In this document: positions 25,541-37,605 of the stretch, piece by piece
How positions within the stretch are numbered: the stretch's first letter is position 1
How the letters are laid out: each line of letters opens with the position of its first letter
Source: Anaeramoeba ignava BMAN
Lineage: Eukaryota > Protista > Anaeramoebae
Direction of reading: 5' to 3'
Assembly (NCBI GenBank): GCA_028826165.1
Contig: JAPDFW010000099.1
Location: 1-64,000, forward strand
Length of the DNA stretch: 64,000 nucleotides
Notes under the pieces: generated by a model
The model's database searches: none
The model's input: the letters and a program-made list of their open reading frames with translations, nothing else
What the model was told of the DNA's origin: nothing
Translations under genes and position numbers: made by a program

Positions 25541-28326
25541 ATGGATTTTAATGAACTTTATCGTTTATTAAGTTCTTTTACAAATTCTGTTGAAAATGAT
25601 TTTCCAGATTTTCAATATTGTAATGAGTTATTAACTCAATTAAAAGTAAGCAAAATTAAATATGAAATTATTTATAAAATTATTTATAAAATTATTTATA
25701 AAATTATTAATAAAATTATTTATAAAATTAAATATAAAATTAATTATAAAATTAATTATAAAATTATTTATAAAATTATTTATTAAATTATATATTAAAT
25801 TATATATTAAATTATTTATAAAATTATTTATAAAATTATTTATAAAATTATTTATAAAATTATTTATAAAATTAAATATAAAATTATTTATAAAATTATT
25901 TATAAAATTAAATATAAAATTAAATATAAAATTATTTATAAAATTAATTATAAAATTAAATATAAAATTATTTATAAAATTAAATATAAAATTATTTATA
26001 AAATTATTTATAAAATTATTTATTAAATTATTTATAAAATTAATTATAAAATTATTTATAAAATTAATTATAAAATTATTTTATAAAATTATTTATAAAA
26101 TTATTTATAAAATTATTTATAAAATTATTTATAAAATTATTTATAAAATTATTTTATAAAATTATTTATAAAATTATTTTATAAAATTATTTATAAAATT
26201 ATTTATAAAATTATTTATAAAATTATTTATAAAATTATTTATAAAATTATTTATAAAATTATTTATAAAATTAAATATAAAAATTAAATATAAAATTAAA
26301 TATAAAATTAAATATAAAATTATTTATAAAATTATTTATAAAATTATTTATAAAATTATTTATAAAATTATTTTATAAAATTAAATATAAAATTAATTAT
26401 AAAATTAATTATAAAATTATTAATAAAATTATTAATAAAAATTATTTATAAAATTATTTATAAAATTAAATATAAATTTATTTATTAAATTATTTATAAA
26501 ATTATTTATAAAATTAAATATAAAATTATTTATAAAATTATTTATAAAATTATTTATAAAATTAATTATAAAATTAATTATAAAATTAAATATAAAATTA
26601 TTTATAAAATTATTTATAAAATTATTTATAAAATTATTTATAAAATTAATTATAAAATTATTAATAAAATTATTAATAAAATTATTTATAAAATTATTTA
26701 TAAAATTAAATATAAATTTATTTTATTAAATTATTTATAAAATTATTTATAAAATTAAATATAAAATTATTTTATAAAATTATTTATAAAATTATTTATA
26801 AAATTATTTATAAAATTATTTATTAAATTATTTATAAAATTATTTTATAAAATTATTTATAAAATTATTTATAAAATTATTTATAAAATTATTTATAAAA
26901 TTAAATATAAAATTATTTATTAAATTAAATATAAAATTAAATATAAAATTAATTATAAAATTAAATATAAAATTAAATATAAAATTATTTATTAAATTAT
27001 TTATAAAAATTAAATATAAAATTATTTATAAAATTAAATATAAAATATAAAAATTATTTATAAAAATTATTTATAAGATTATTTATAAAATTAAATATAA
27101 AATTATTTATAAAATTATTTATTAAATTAAATATAAAAATTAAATATAAAAATTAAATATAAAATTATTTATAAAATTATTTATTAAATTAATTATAAAA
27201 CTATTTATAAAATTATTTATAAAATTAATTATAAAATTAAATATAAAATTAAATATAAAATTAATTATAAAATTATTTATAAAATTATATATAAAATTAT
27301 TTATAAAATTATTTATAAAATTAAATATAAAATTATTTATAAAATTATTTATAAAATTAATTATAAAATTATTTATAAAATTAAATATAAAATTAAATAT
27401 AAAATTATTTATAAAATTAAATATAAAATTAAATTAGATTCAACTTGCTGAGCAAAATATCCTATTTTCTTCAAAATTAGAAAAACAAAATATAGAAGGA
27501 TTAAAAATTGCAAGTTTGTTATTATTTTATTTTTTCAAAATTAAAATTAAAATTAAAATTAAAATTAAAATTTCTTTGATTTAAAAAAAAAAGGACAAAC
27601 ACTTGAATTTGCTGTTATTTTAAGTGTTAAAATGAAAGAGAATAAATCTTTTGAAAGACATATTTCACAACTTAAACCTTATTATTATGATTATGAGTAA
27701 GTTTTTAAATTTTAAATTTGTTTAAATTTTTAATTTGTTTAAATTTTTAATTTGTTTAATTTTTTAATTTGTTTAATTTGTTTAATTTGTTTAATTTGTT
27801 TAAATTTTTAAATAGAAACTTTTTAGAACCATCAGAATTGAAACTTAAAATTTTAGGAATATATTTACTCTTTTTATTATCACAAAATCGAATTGCAGAA
27901 TTTCATACAGAATTAGAATTAATAAAAATAGAAGAAAGAAAAAGCAAATTTATATCATTTCCAATGAGATTAGAAGAGTTTATTTTGGATGGAAATTATT
28001 TTAAAATTCGAGAAGCATTTTCTGAAAAACCATCAGAATTATTTGATTTTTTTCTTGAAGAATTAATTCTTTCACTTCGTTCGCAAATTGCTGAATGTGT
28101 TCAAGTTTCTTATCCCCATTTGAAAGTTAAAGATGCTTTTGAAATTTTAATGTTAAAAGATAAAAATGATTTAATTGAAATTGCTCAACAAAATGACTGG
28201 TTAATTTCTGAAGATGATACAATTCATTTTAAACTTGAAAATGATAATGAAAATGTTCAAATTCCTTCAGATCGTTTAATAAGAGAAATTATTACTTATG
28301 CAAAAGAAATGGAAAGAATAATTTAA
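25541..28326 (+). CDS. RPN12: 26S proteasome lid subunit Rpn12/PSMD8, 4 exons
   Basis: RQTLEFAVILSV..SFERHISQLKPYYYDY; GIYLLFLLSQNRIAEFHTELE; LEEFILDGNY; C-terminus YAKEMERII. Confidence 0.95.
25646..27437 (+). repeat. 1.8-kb intron made of the same 12-bp AAATTATTTATA repeat as 5269-9883
   Basis: GTAAG at 25646, TAG ending at 27437, phase-0 join LK|IQLAE. Confidence 0.88.
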
Positions 28327-28460
28327 ATTTAAATTTAAATTTAAATCAAAATCAAAATCAAAATCAAAATCTAAAAAAGTTCTAAATTTTTTTTTCATTC
28401 ATTTCTTTTTGAAAATCTCCAAAAAAAAAAATCATTTCATTCATTTTTCTTTTTTTTCTT

Positions 28461-31139
28461 TTATCTAAACCAATTTTCACAATAATAATTATGATCTTCT
28501 TCATTAAAATTTTCTAATAAACAAACTTCTTCACAACTTCGATTTGGAATCATTTCTGGATCAAATAAACTTTGATGAGTGGTTTTTTTATCATAACTTT
28601 CAAAATTATTAATTAAATGAACAAAACTAGAATAAATATCATAAGCTGAAAAAATATTATGTTCATTTCTTTTTAAAATTGTTTTTAAATTTGGAAATTT
28701 TTCAAAGAATTTGTTTGGGAAAATAATATTAAAAAGTGGATATTTATGATAAAATTGTTTGTAATATCCATAATGTGGTCCATGATCTGAAAGTATAACA
28801 ATAATAGTATAATCACCAATACTTTTGGAATAGATATTCTTTAAAAAACTTGATACATCTTTATCAACAGTTTTGAAAACTTTTTGAGTTGATTCATGAG
28901 ATTCATAAAAATTTGAAATGATAAATTTAGGAATTTCAATATATTTTGGATTATTGAGTAAATCATAAGTTGCATTTAAATTATATTGATAACCATAATT
29001 CCCATAAAGACAATGTGCATGATCGTTTTCAAAAGGATTCCAATTAGAACCGCAAAAAGGACGATAGAATCTATAATCAAATGGACAAGCATCTAAGCTC
29101 ATTTCAGGTTCTACTCTCCACATCCATTGATAATAACCAAAACAAATTTCATCAATAAAAGTTGTGAAATATCCTTTTTTTGTAAAAATATTCCAAAGAA
29201 ATGAATCTGAATAAGGTGATTCCATAATTTCTTGTTTTTTCCCACAATACATTGGATGTTGATTTATATATGAATTTAATCCAACTATTCGATATCCTGG
29301 AAATGAAAATGATTTGATTTTCTTTTTTTTATTTTCTAATTCTTCAATAGTTGATATTGTTTTTGTTAGACTTTTTTCATATATAGGTGTACTTGCTGCA
29401 TCAAAAAGAAGAAATACAATATTTGGTTTGATTTCATATTCTTCGATTTTTTTGTTTTGGATTGATTTATGAGGAATACAATTTGGATATTTATTCAAAT
29501 TTTCATTTTCATTTTCTTGATTAATTTGATTGATAATACATCTTTTCTCATTTCTTGAAATTGCTCTTTCAAATATTTTAGGATGAATATATGTTATAAC
29601 TTCTTTTTGATATCCTGGTATAAATGGTATTCTACATTCTCCAATAATTCGATTTTCAATTGAGATGTGTTCAAGATCAAATGGATTTGAATAATTATAA
29701 CTTGTTTCTTTATATTCTGGATAATCTTCAATAATTGTAAAATTTGCAAAACCTTCACAATTTATAAAAAATAGTTTATCATTTTCAATTTTCATTATAT
29801 TTTTTGAATAACATCCTCCAATTTCTTTATCATCTGGTTTCTCCCATATATCAATTTCAATTTCAGGTTTAATTTGATTTGTTTTAAATATCAAAATCCA
29901 AAATAAAGTAATAGAAATTAGTGTGAAAATAACAATAAATTTTTCATTTAATATTTTGTTAGAAAAACTAAATGATATTGTTTTGTTATTTGAATTTGAA
30001 TTTGAATCTGAATTTTCTAAATTGTTTTCATTATTTTGATTTCTTTTTCTAGTATTGCTATCATTATCAATTTCATTTTGAATTTCATTTTCATTTTCAT
30101 TTTCATTTTCATTTTTCATTTTCATTATCTTTTTCATTCTCTTTTTCAAAATTTTGATTTTTGTAAATGAATAAATATCCTATTAAAAGCCAAATATAAT
30201 TGAAAATGAAATTTTGATTTGCGAAAATTGTTTCAGGAATCTTAAAAAGAATTGGAGTTAAACTTCTTGTTAAAGCTGCAAATCCAAAATTAAAAGTAGT
30301 TGAATAAATTTTTGTTGATAACATTTGAATAAAAAATTCCATTCCAATCCATTTGAAAAAATAATTGATTCGATTTCCATAAATTCCTCCCATTTGTGAA
30401 TAAATAAATGGAATTTGATAAATTGAACTAATCAAAGCAGTTAATAAAGTTGCTAAAGGAGCTTGAAATCCTTTTTTCGATAATTCTTTTTTGGAAATTA
30501 AATCAAATAATTCTAATTTTTCAAGAGGTTGATAAATATTTTTAATCAAAATATATTCTTCTGAATAATAAATTAAACTTATTAAAATCACAATTATAAA
30601 AATTCCATATCCTTTGATTAATTCTTTGGAATTAAATTCATTTGCAAAAAAAGATTGAGAAGGAAATATTGAAGTTATTAAATATTGAGATGAAATTGAT
30701 AATAAAACCAAAATAAAAAGGAATGAAATGAGAAAAAAGAAGAAAAAGATATAAAACAAAGGATTTTTTGAAATTGAAAGTGTTTTTCTTCTTATTTTAA
30801 TATTTTTTGGTAAATGAAAGTTTTCAATTTTAAATGAAGTTAATTCCCATAATATAAAAATGATTGGAATTAAGAATCTTGTTGATAAAAAAATGAAGAA
30901 TTGATGATAAAAACCAAAATTAGTTTTTTTGATTGTAAAAAAGAAAATAAAAACTAGAATATTAAATGAAAGAAGGAGAACAATTTTGTTTAAGTAATCT
31001 TTTAACCATTTTCTATTTTTAAATTTTAATTAATATTTTTATCAATAAAAATAAAAATAATAAAAAATACATACTTTAAAACTGTTTCAATTTTTAAAAT
31101 TTCTTTTAAACTTTTAATAAAATTAACTAAATAAATCAT
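28461..31139 (-). CDS. Multi-pass membrane domain probably fused to a DUF229 (alkaline phosphatase/sulfatase superfamily) domain
   Basis: DUF229-type motifs NIVFLLFDAAS, GYRIVGLNS, LWNIFTKKGYFT, TIIVILSDHG, SAYDIY, NRSC. The upstream hydrophobic ORF (30109-31012, plus exon 31075-31139) joins via a frameshift in the (GAAAAT)n tract near 30115. Confidence 0.72.
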
Positions 31140-31371
31140 TTTTATTTCTTTTTAATATCAAAAATAAAAATAAAAAAATGATCTTTTTTTGTTTTAAAAA
31201 AAAATTTTTTCTTTTTAACATTAAATTAAAAAAAAATTTTTTTACTTTCTTACTCATTCTCTTAAAAGAATAAAACAATTTAAAATAAAATAAATATTAA
31301 TTTCTAAAATTAAAAATAAGTCAACAATTAGAAAAAATTTTTTTTGCTTTTTTTTTATTTTGTTTTGTTTT

Positions 31372-32901
31372 TTAAATGAAATAAGTCTCAAGTTCATCAA
31401 CAACCCATTTATCAAAAGAACCAGCTAAATAACTTTGAGCTTCATTTGTTCCCTTTTTAATTCCTTTTGGAAGTGAATAACTATAACCAAAATTTGAATA
31501 ACCACCTTTTAAATGACATTTCAAATAAAAATCAAAATTCTTATCAACTCCTGCAAAACTTGGACCATAACCAATAAAATAATAAATTGAATTACGTTCT
31601 TTTCGAATTCGGAATTTTTCGGAACTTCGATCATTTTTATCATTTCTTAATGAAAAAATAAATGCTTTTGGATCTGAAATGTATCCTCTAATTGGATTTG
31701 TTCTTTTGATACTCCATTTTGATTCATTACTTGTAAATCCAATTGAAGTGAATCCTCCAAAAATATAATTTTCTTTTGTTTGGATAATAACTAATGTTTT
31801 TCCTTTATCATCACAAAATGAATGCCATGTTTTGCAATCAAATCCATCTTTTTTTGCTGAATATCCTTTTTTCATTTTGGAAAAAAAATCATCATCTTTT
31901 ATCCATTCTTTTAATTTCTTCATAAACCCCATTTCTTTAATAATTTCTGAATCTGAAAATGGTGGAAAATTCTTTTTGATTTCATTCTCAATTTGGGAAT
32001 ATTTTTCAAAAATTGGTTTCATTTTCTCAATTTCTAAATTTAGTTTTTCTTTCTCTTTTTCTTTTTCTTCCACTTCTTTTCCTTTTATTTCCAAAAGAGG
32101 TTGTTGAATATCAATTAAAAAAGATTTTGGAAGGAAAAAATCAAGTTTTTTTAATTTATCAAATTCTTGTTTTGAAATTGAATCTTTATCAAATAATGAA
32201 AAAAAAGAATGAGATAATCTTTTCTTCTGTTTTTCTTTCTTTCCTTTTAATCTTTGATTTCTTTTTTCAATCCAATTATTTAAAAATTGAAAAAAATCAA
32301 ATTGAAAAATTTCTTTTTTTTCTTGTTTAAATTGAATAAATTTGATAATTTCTTCTTTAGTTAAATTGAATAAATTTTCATTATTCTGAATTTGGGAAAA
32401 ATTTTGATTTATTAATTCAAAACATTTCATTTCAATTTCATTTAATTTTAAATCTCGATTTTGGAAAAAAAATTGGAAAAAATTTGAATAATTAATTGAA
32501 TTTGAAATTTTTTTTTGAATAATTTCTTTCAATAAATTTAATTTAAAATAAATTGAAATTTCCATTAATTGAATAAGATTTTCTTGATTCTCAAAAGAAA
32601 TATTTCCATAATAAATATAACTCAAAATTGATTCCATTTCTTTTTTATTAAATTGGTTTAAAAAAATTTTACCAATCTCATTTTTTTCTCTTAAAAACTT
32701 ATCAAAAAAAGGAGATCTTGAACATAAAATTGATTTATGAACTTTAAATTCAAAAGGATTTGATTTATTCTCAACAAAAATTGAAAAATCAGTAAATGAA
32801 TTTCCATTTAAAAGGTTTGAATAATCTTTAATTAAATTTTTTGTTACTTTTTTTTGTAAATTTTTCATTTCATTTTGATTTTGATTTTGGTTTGTATTCA
32901 T
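31372..32901 (-). CDS. BTB/POZ + coiled coil + TLDc protein (copy A)
   Basis: BTB FTDFSIFV..FKVHKSILCSRSPFF; TLDc YSAKKDGF..WH..CDDKGKTLVIIQTKENYIFGGFT..AFIFSL..YGPSF..SYLAG..VDELETY. Confidence 0.92.
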   Translation of the reverse strand: MNTNQNQNQNEMKNLQKKVTKNLIKDYSNLLNGNSFTDFSIFVENKSNPFEFKVHKSILCSRSPFFDKFLREKNEIGKIFLNQFNKKEMESILSYIYYGNISFENQENLIQLMEISIYFKLNLLKEIIQKKISNSINYSNFFQFFFQNRDLKLNEIEMKCFELINQNFSQIQNNENLFNLTKEEIIKFIQFKQEKKEIFQFDFFQFLNNWIEKRNQRLKGKKEKQKKRLSHSFFSLFDKDSISKQEFDKLKKLDFFLPKSFLIDIQQPLLEIKGKEVEEKEKEKEKLNLEIEKMKPIFEKYSQIENEIKKNFPPFSDSEIIKEMGFMKKLKEWIKDDDFFSKMKKGYSAKKDGFDCKTWHSFCDDKGKTLVIIQTKENYIFGGFTSIGFTSNESKWSIKRTNPIRGYISDPKAFIFSLRNDKNDRSSEKFRIRKERNSIYYFIGYGPSFAGVDKNFDFYLKCHLKGGYSNFGYSYSLPKGIKKGTNEAQSYLAGSFDKWVVDELETYFI

Positions 32902-33062
32902 TTTTGAAAAAGAAAAAAATGAAAAAAATGAAAAATGAAATTTTAATTTTAATTTTAATTTTAATTTTAATTTTAATTTTAATTTTAATTTTAATTTTAA
33001 TTTTGATTTTCATTTTCATTTTCATTTTAATTTTAATTTTAATTATAATTTAAATTTTAATT

Positions 33063-34839
33063 TTAATTTTGATTTTTAAATTTGTTAATTAATAAATCAA
33101 ATAAATTTGGATTTGTTTGATTTAATTGAAAATAATCAATTCCAATTTGAATTTCATTAATGATTTCTTGTGTAATTTGAATATCATTTTTAATTTGATT
33201 TGAATAAATCCAATATTCAAATATTTGAAATGATTTATTACTTAATTCACTATAATCTGTAACTTTATTAGAAGTATCATTTGTTACAGATAAAAACATT
33301 CCTCGATATAATTCACTTCTCATTATTAATATTAATTTTAGGAAATTTATATTGTTTTTCTTTTCTTTCAATTATAAAATCTTTTTCATTTTCATTTTCA
33401 TTTTCTTTTTCATTTAAATAAATTCTTTTCATTGTTTCTTCAATTTTTTCATTTAAATTTATAATTTCTTTAATTTCAGAATATAATTTTGGATTTATTT
33501 TGGAATTGTTTGAATAAATCATTTCAAATATTTGATTTGATTCTTTAATTGATTTTTTTGAAATTATCTCTTGAAGTTTTTCAATTTGATTTTGATTTAA
33601 TCTATATTTCAATATTAATTTATGAGCTTCAATTATTTCTCCATTTTTGGTTTTAAATGAAATATCACAAAATTCTTTTCTTTCAAATAATTTTATCAAA
33701 TCTTCTTCAAGATTGGAAAAAGAAGGAGGAGAATAATAAAGAAATGAATTCCAAATTCCACAAGAAATATGATAATTAGAAATATCTTCATTAAATATTA
33801 ATTTAGGAAGTTCAATTTGAATTGGAATATATTGATTTTTTGTATCTCCAGTTCCTAATTCACCATTAGAATTATCTCCAAATCCAATTAGTTTTGGATT
33901 GGAGGTTAAAATCAAGTTATGAGAGTTTCCAACAGAAAAATCAATAATATTATCATCATTTTCAAATAAAAATGATTTGATTTCAGTAAATTCATAAGTA
34001 TTTTCATTTTGGCCAAGTCCATTATATTGATAATTTCCGCATGAATAAAATTTTCTTTTTGGATTTTGATTTTCGTCTTCAATCAACATTATTGAATGAT
34101 AATAGCATGTTTGAATATCAATTATTTTGCCTTTTGGAATATTTTGGATTTTGGTTAATTTTTGGACATTTGCTTCTTCTTTTCTTGATTCTCCTAATCC
34201 AAGTTGACCAGATTGATTATTTCCACATGAAAATAATTCATGATTTGAATTTAAAAGAAAAACAAAATTTGAATTAATTCTTGAAAATATTTTAGAAACA
34301 TTTTTCATCATTAAAATTGGTTTTTCTGTTTCTTCAATTTGGAAATAATCAAAACCAAGTTGACCATATTCATTTGAACCAATTCCATAAGCATTTTGAT
34401 TTGAAGTTAATAAGTAAATTGAATAAGCACCACAAAAAATATCTTGAATTATTCTATCATTTGTATCTTCAATTAATGATGAAATATTGATAAATTCATT
34501 TGGATTTTTTGGATTAATGTATTCTCCTTTTGCAAATACATTTCCTTCTATTGTTAAAATAGCTTCATTTTGTGTACCAACAGTTACTTTTTGAATATTT
34601 TCTTCAATTTGGATTTTTTCAGGTTTTTGATTTGATTCATTTTCATTTAAGTATTCTATTGCTTTTCCATTTTTAAAAAGGAAAATTGTTGAAAAATAAC
34701 CTGATGAAATTTGTTTAATTTGTTTTTCATTTTCATTTTCATTTTCAAATTTAAATTGAATTGGTTTTATTATTTTTTCTGGTTCATTTTTGATAAGAAT
34801 TGGATATTTATTTAAACCAAAAAATAAACAATCATTCAT
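33063..34839 (-). CDS. RCC1-repeat beta-propeller + C-terminal BTB domains (copy 1; one frameshift near 33335)
   Basis: GxNxxGQLG RCC1 repeats; FCDISF..AHKLIL; ILIMRSELYRGMF. ORFs 33313-34839 and 33063-33371 join via an extra A. Confidence 0.88.
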
Positions 34840-34877
34840 TTTTGAAAAAGAAAAAAATGAAAAAATAAATTTTGGGA

Positions 34878-35617
34878 TTTTAATTTTGATTTTAATTTTA
34901 ATTTTAATTTTGATTTTAATTTTAATTTTAATTTTGATTTTGATTTTAATTTTAATTTTAATATTGATTTTAATTTTAATTTTAATTTTAATTTTGATTT
35001 TAATTTTAATTTTAATTTTGATTTTAATTTTAATTTTAATTTTAATATTAATTTTAATTTTGATTTTAATTTTAATTTTAATTTTAATTTTGATTTTAAT
35101 TTTGATTTTAATTTTAATTTTAATTTTAATTTTGATTTTAATTTTGATTTTGATTTTAATATTAATTTTAATTTTGATTTTAATTTTAATTTTAATTTTA
35201 ATTTTGATTTTGATTTTAATTTTAATTTTAATTTTAATTTTAATTTTAATTTTGATTTTGATTTTAATTTTGATTTTAATTTTAATTTTAATTTTAATTT
35301 TAATTTCAATTATAATTTTAATTTTGATTTTTGATTTTAATTTTAATTTTAATTTTAATTTTAATTTTAATTTTAATATTAATTTTAATTTTAATTCTAA
35401 ATTTAATTTTGATTTTGATTTTTAATTTTGATTTTAATTTTAATTTTAATTTTAATTTTAATTCTAAATTTAATTTTGATTTTGATTTTTATTTTGATTT
35501 TAATTTTAATTTTGATTTTGATTATTAAATTTAAATTTTAATTTTAATTTTGATTTTGATTATTAAATTTAAATTTTAATTTTAATTTTAATTTTAATTT
35601 TGATTTTAATTTTAATT
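34878..35617 (-). repeat. Intergenic (AAAATT/AAAATC)n array
   Basis: Visible hexamer array between RCC1-BTB copies. Confidence 0.92.
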
Positions 35618-37411
35618 TTAATTTTGATTATTAAATTTGTTAATTAATAAATCAAATAAATTTGGATTTGTTTGATTTAATTGAAAATAATCAATTCCAA
35701 TTTGAATTTCATCAATTATTTCTTGTGTAATTTGAATTTCATTTTTAATTTGATTTGAATAAATCCAATATTCAAATATTTGAAATGATTTATTACTTAA
35801 TTCACTATAATCTGTAACTTTATTTGATTTATCTTCAGTTACAGATAAAAACATTCCTCGATATAATTCACTTCTCATTATTAATATTAATTTTGGAAAT
35901 TTATATTGTTTTTCTTTTCTTTCAATTATAAAATCTTTTTCATTTTCATTTTCATTTTCTTTTTCATTTAAATAAATTCTTTTCATTGTTTCTTCAATTT
36001 TTTCATTTAAATTTATAATTTCTTTAATTTCAGAATATAATTTTGGATTTATTTTGGAATTGTTTGAATAAATCATTTCAAATATTTGATTTGATTCTTT
36101 AATTGATTTTTTTGAAATAATTTCTTGAAGTTTTTCAATTTGATTTTGATTTTGATTTTGATTTAATCTATATTTCAATATTAATTTATGAGCTTCAATT
36201 ATTTCTCCATTTTTGGTTTTAAATGAAATATTACAAAATTCTTTTCTTTCAAATAATTTTATCAAATCTTCTTCAAGATTGGAAAAAGAAGAAAGGAAAG
36301 GAGAATAATAAAGAAATGAATTTCGATATCCGCAAAGAACATGATAATTGAAAATTTCTTCATTAAATCTTAATTTAGGAAGTTCAATTTCAATTGGAAT
36401 ATATTGATTTTTTGTATCTTCAGTTCCTAATTGACCTGAATCATTTTCTCCAAACCCAATTAATTTTGAATTGGAAGTTAAAATCAAAGTATGCATAAAT
36501 CCAACAGAAAAATCAATAATATTATCATCATTTTCAAATAAAGATGATTTGATTTCAGTAAATTCATAAGTATTTTCATCTTCATCTTCGCCAAGTCCAT
36601 TATATAGATAATAACCACATGAATAAAGTTTTCTTTTTGGATTTTCATTTTCATCTTCAATCAACATTATTGAATGATTGTCTCCACATTGAATATCAAT
36701 TATTTTGCCTTTTGGAATATTTTGGATTTTGGTTAATTTATCAATTTTTGTTTCTTTTCTTGATTCTCCTAATCCAAGTTGACCAACTTGATTATAGCCG
36801 CATACAAATAATTCTTGATTTGAATTTAAAAGAAAAACATTATTTGAAGTATTTCCTGAAAATATTTTAGAAACATTTTTCATCATTAAAATTGGTTTTT
36901 CTGTTTTTTTCAGTGTTTCAAAATCAAAACCAAGTTGACCATATTCATTTAAACCAATTCCATAAGCATTTTGATTTGAAGTTAATAAATAAATTGAATA
37001 AGATCCAGAAACAATATCTTGAATTATTCTATCATTTGTATCTTCAATTAATGATGAAATATTGATAAATTCATTTGAATTATTTGGATTGATAATATTT
37101 CCTTTGGCAAATACATTTCCTTCTATTGTTAAAATAGCTTCATTTTGATAACCAACAGTTACTTTTTGAATATTTTCTTCAATTTGGATTTTTTCAGGAT
37201 TCTGATTTGAATATTCTATTGCTTTTCCATTTTTAAAAAGGAAAATTATTGAATAATCTCCTGTTGAAATTTGTTTAATTTGTTTTTCATTTTCATTTTC
37301 ATTTTCATTTTCATTTTCAAATTTAAATTGAATTGGTTTTGTTATTTCATATGGTTCATTTTTGAAAAGTTTTGGAAATGAATTGAAACCAAAAAATAAA
37401 CAATCATTCAT
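35618..37411 (-). CDS. RCC1-repeat + BTB protein (copy 2)
   Basis: Intact 597-aa ORF paralogous to copies 1 and 3. Confidence 0.92.
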   Translation of the reverse strand: MNDCLFFGFNSFPKLFKNEPYEITKPIQFKFENENENENENEKQIKQISTGDYSIIFLFKNGKAIEYSNQNPEKIQIEENIQKVTVGYQNEAILTIEGNVFAKGNIINPNNSNEFINISSLIEDTNDRIIQDIVSGSYSIYLLTSNQNAYGIGLNEYGQLGFDFETLKKTEKPILMMKNVSKIFSGNTSNNVFLLNSNQELFVCGYNQVGQLGLGESRKETKIDKLTKIQNIPKGKIIDIQCGDNHSIMLIEDENENPKRKLYSCGYYLYNGLGEDEDENTYEFTEIKSSLFENDDNIIDFSVGFMHTLILTSNSKLIGFGENDSGQLGTEDTKNQYIPIEIELPKLRFNEEIFNYHVLCGYRNSFLYYSPFLSSFSNLEEDLIKLFERKEFCNISFKTKNGEIIEAHKLILKYRLNQNQNQNQIEKLQEIISKKSIKESNQIFEMIYSNNSKINPKLYSEIKEIINLNEKIEETMKRIYLNEKENENENEKDFIIERKEKQYKFPKLILIMRSELYRGMFLSVTEDKSNKVTDYSELSNKSFQIFEYWIYSNQIKNEIQITQEIIDEIQIGIDYFQLNQTNPNLFDLLINKFNNQN

Positions 37412-37605
37412 TTTTGAAAAAGAAAAAAATGAAAAAAAGAATTTTGGAATTTTTAATTTTGATTTTAATTTTGGTTTTTAATTTTAATTTTGATTTTTAA
37501 TTTTAATTTTGATTTTAATTTTGATTTTCATTTTTATTTTAATTTGGATTTTAATTTTGATTTTAATTTTAATTTTAATTTTAATTTTGATTTTGATTTT
37601 CATTC

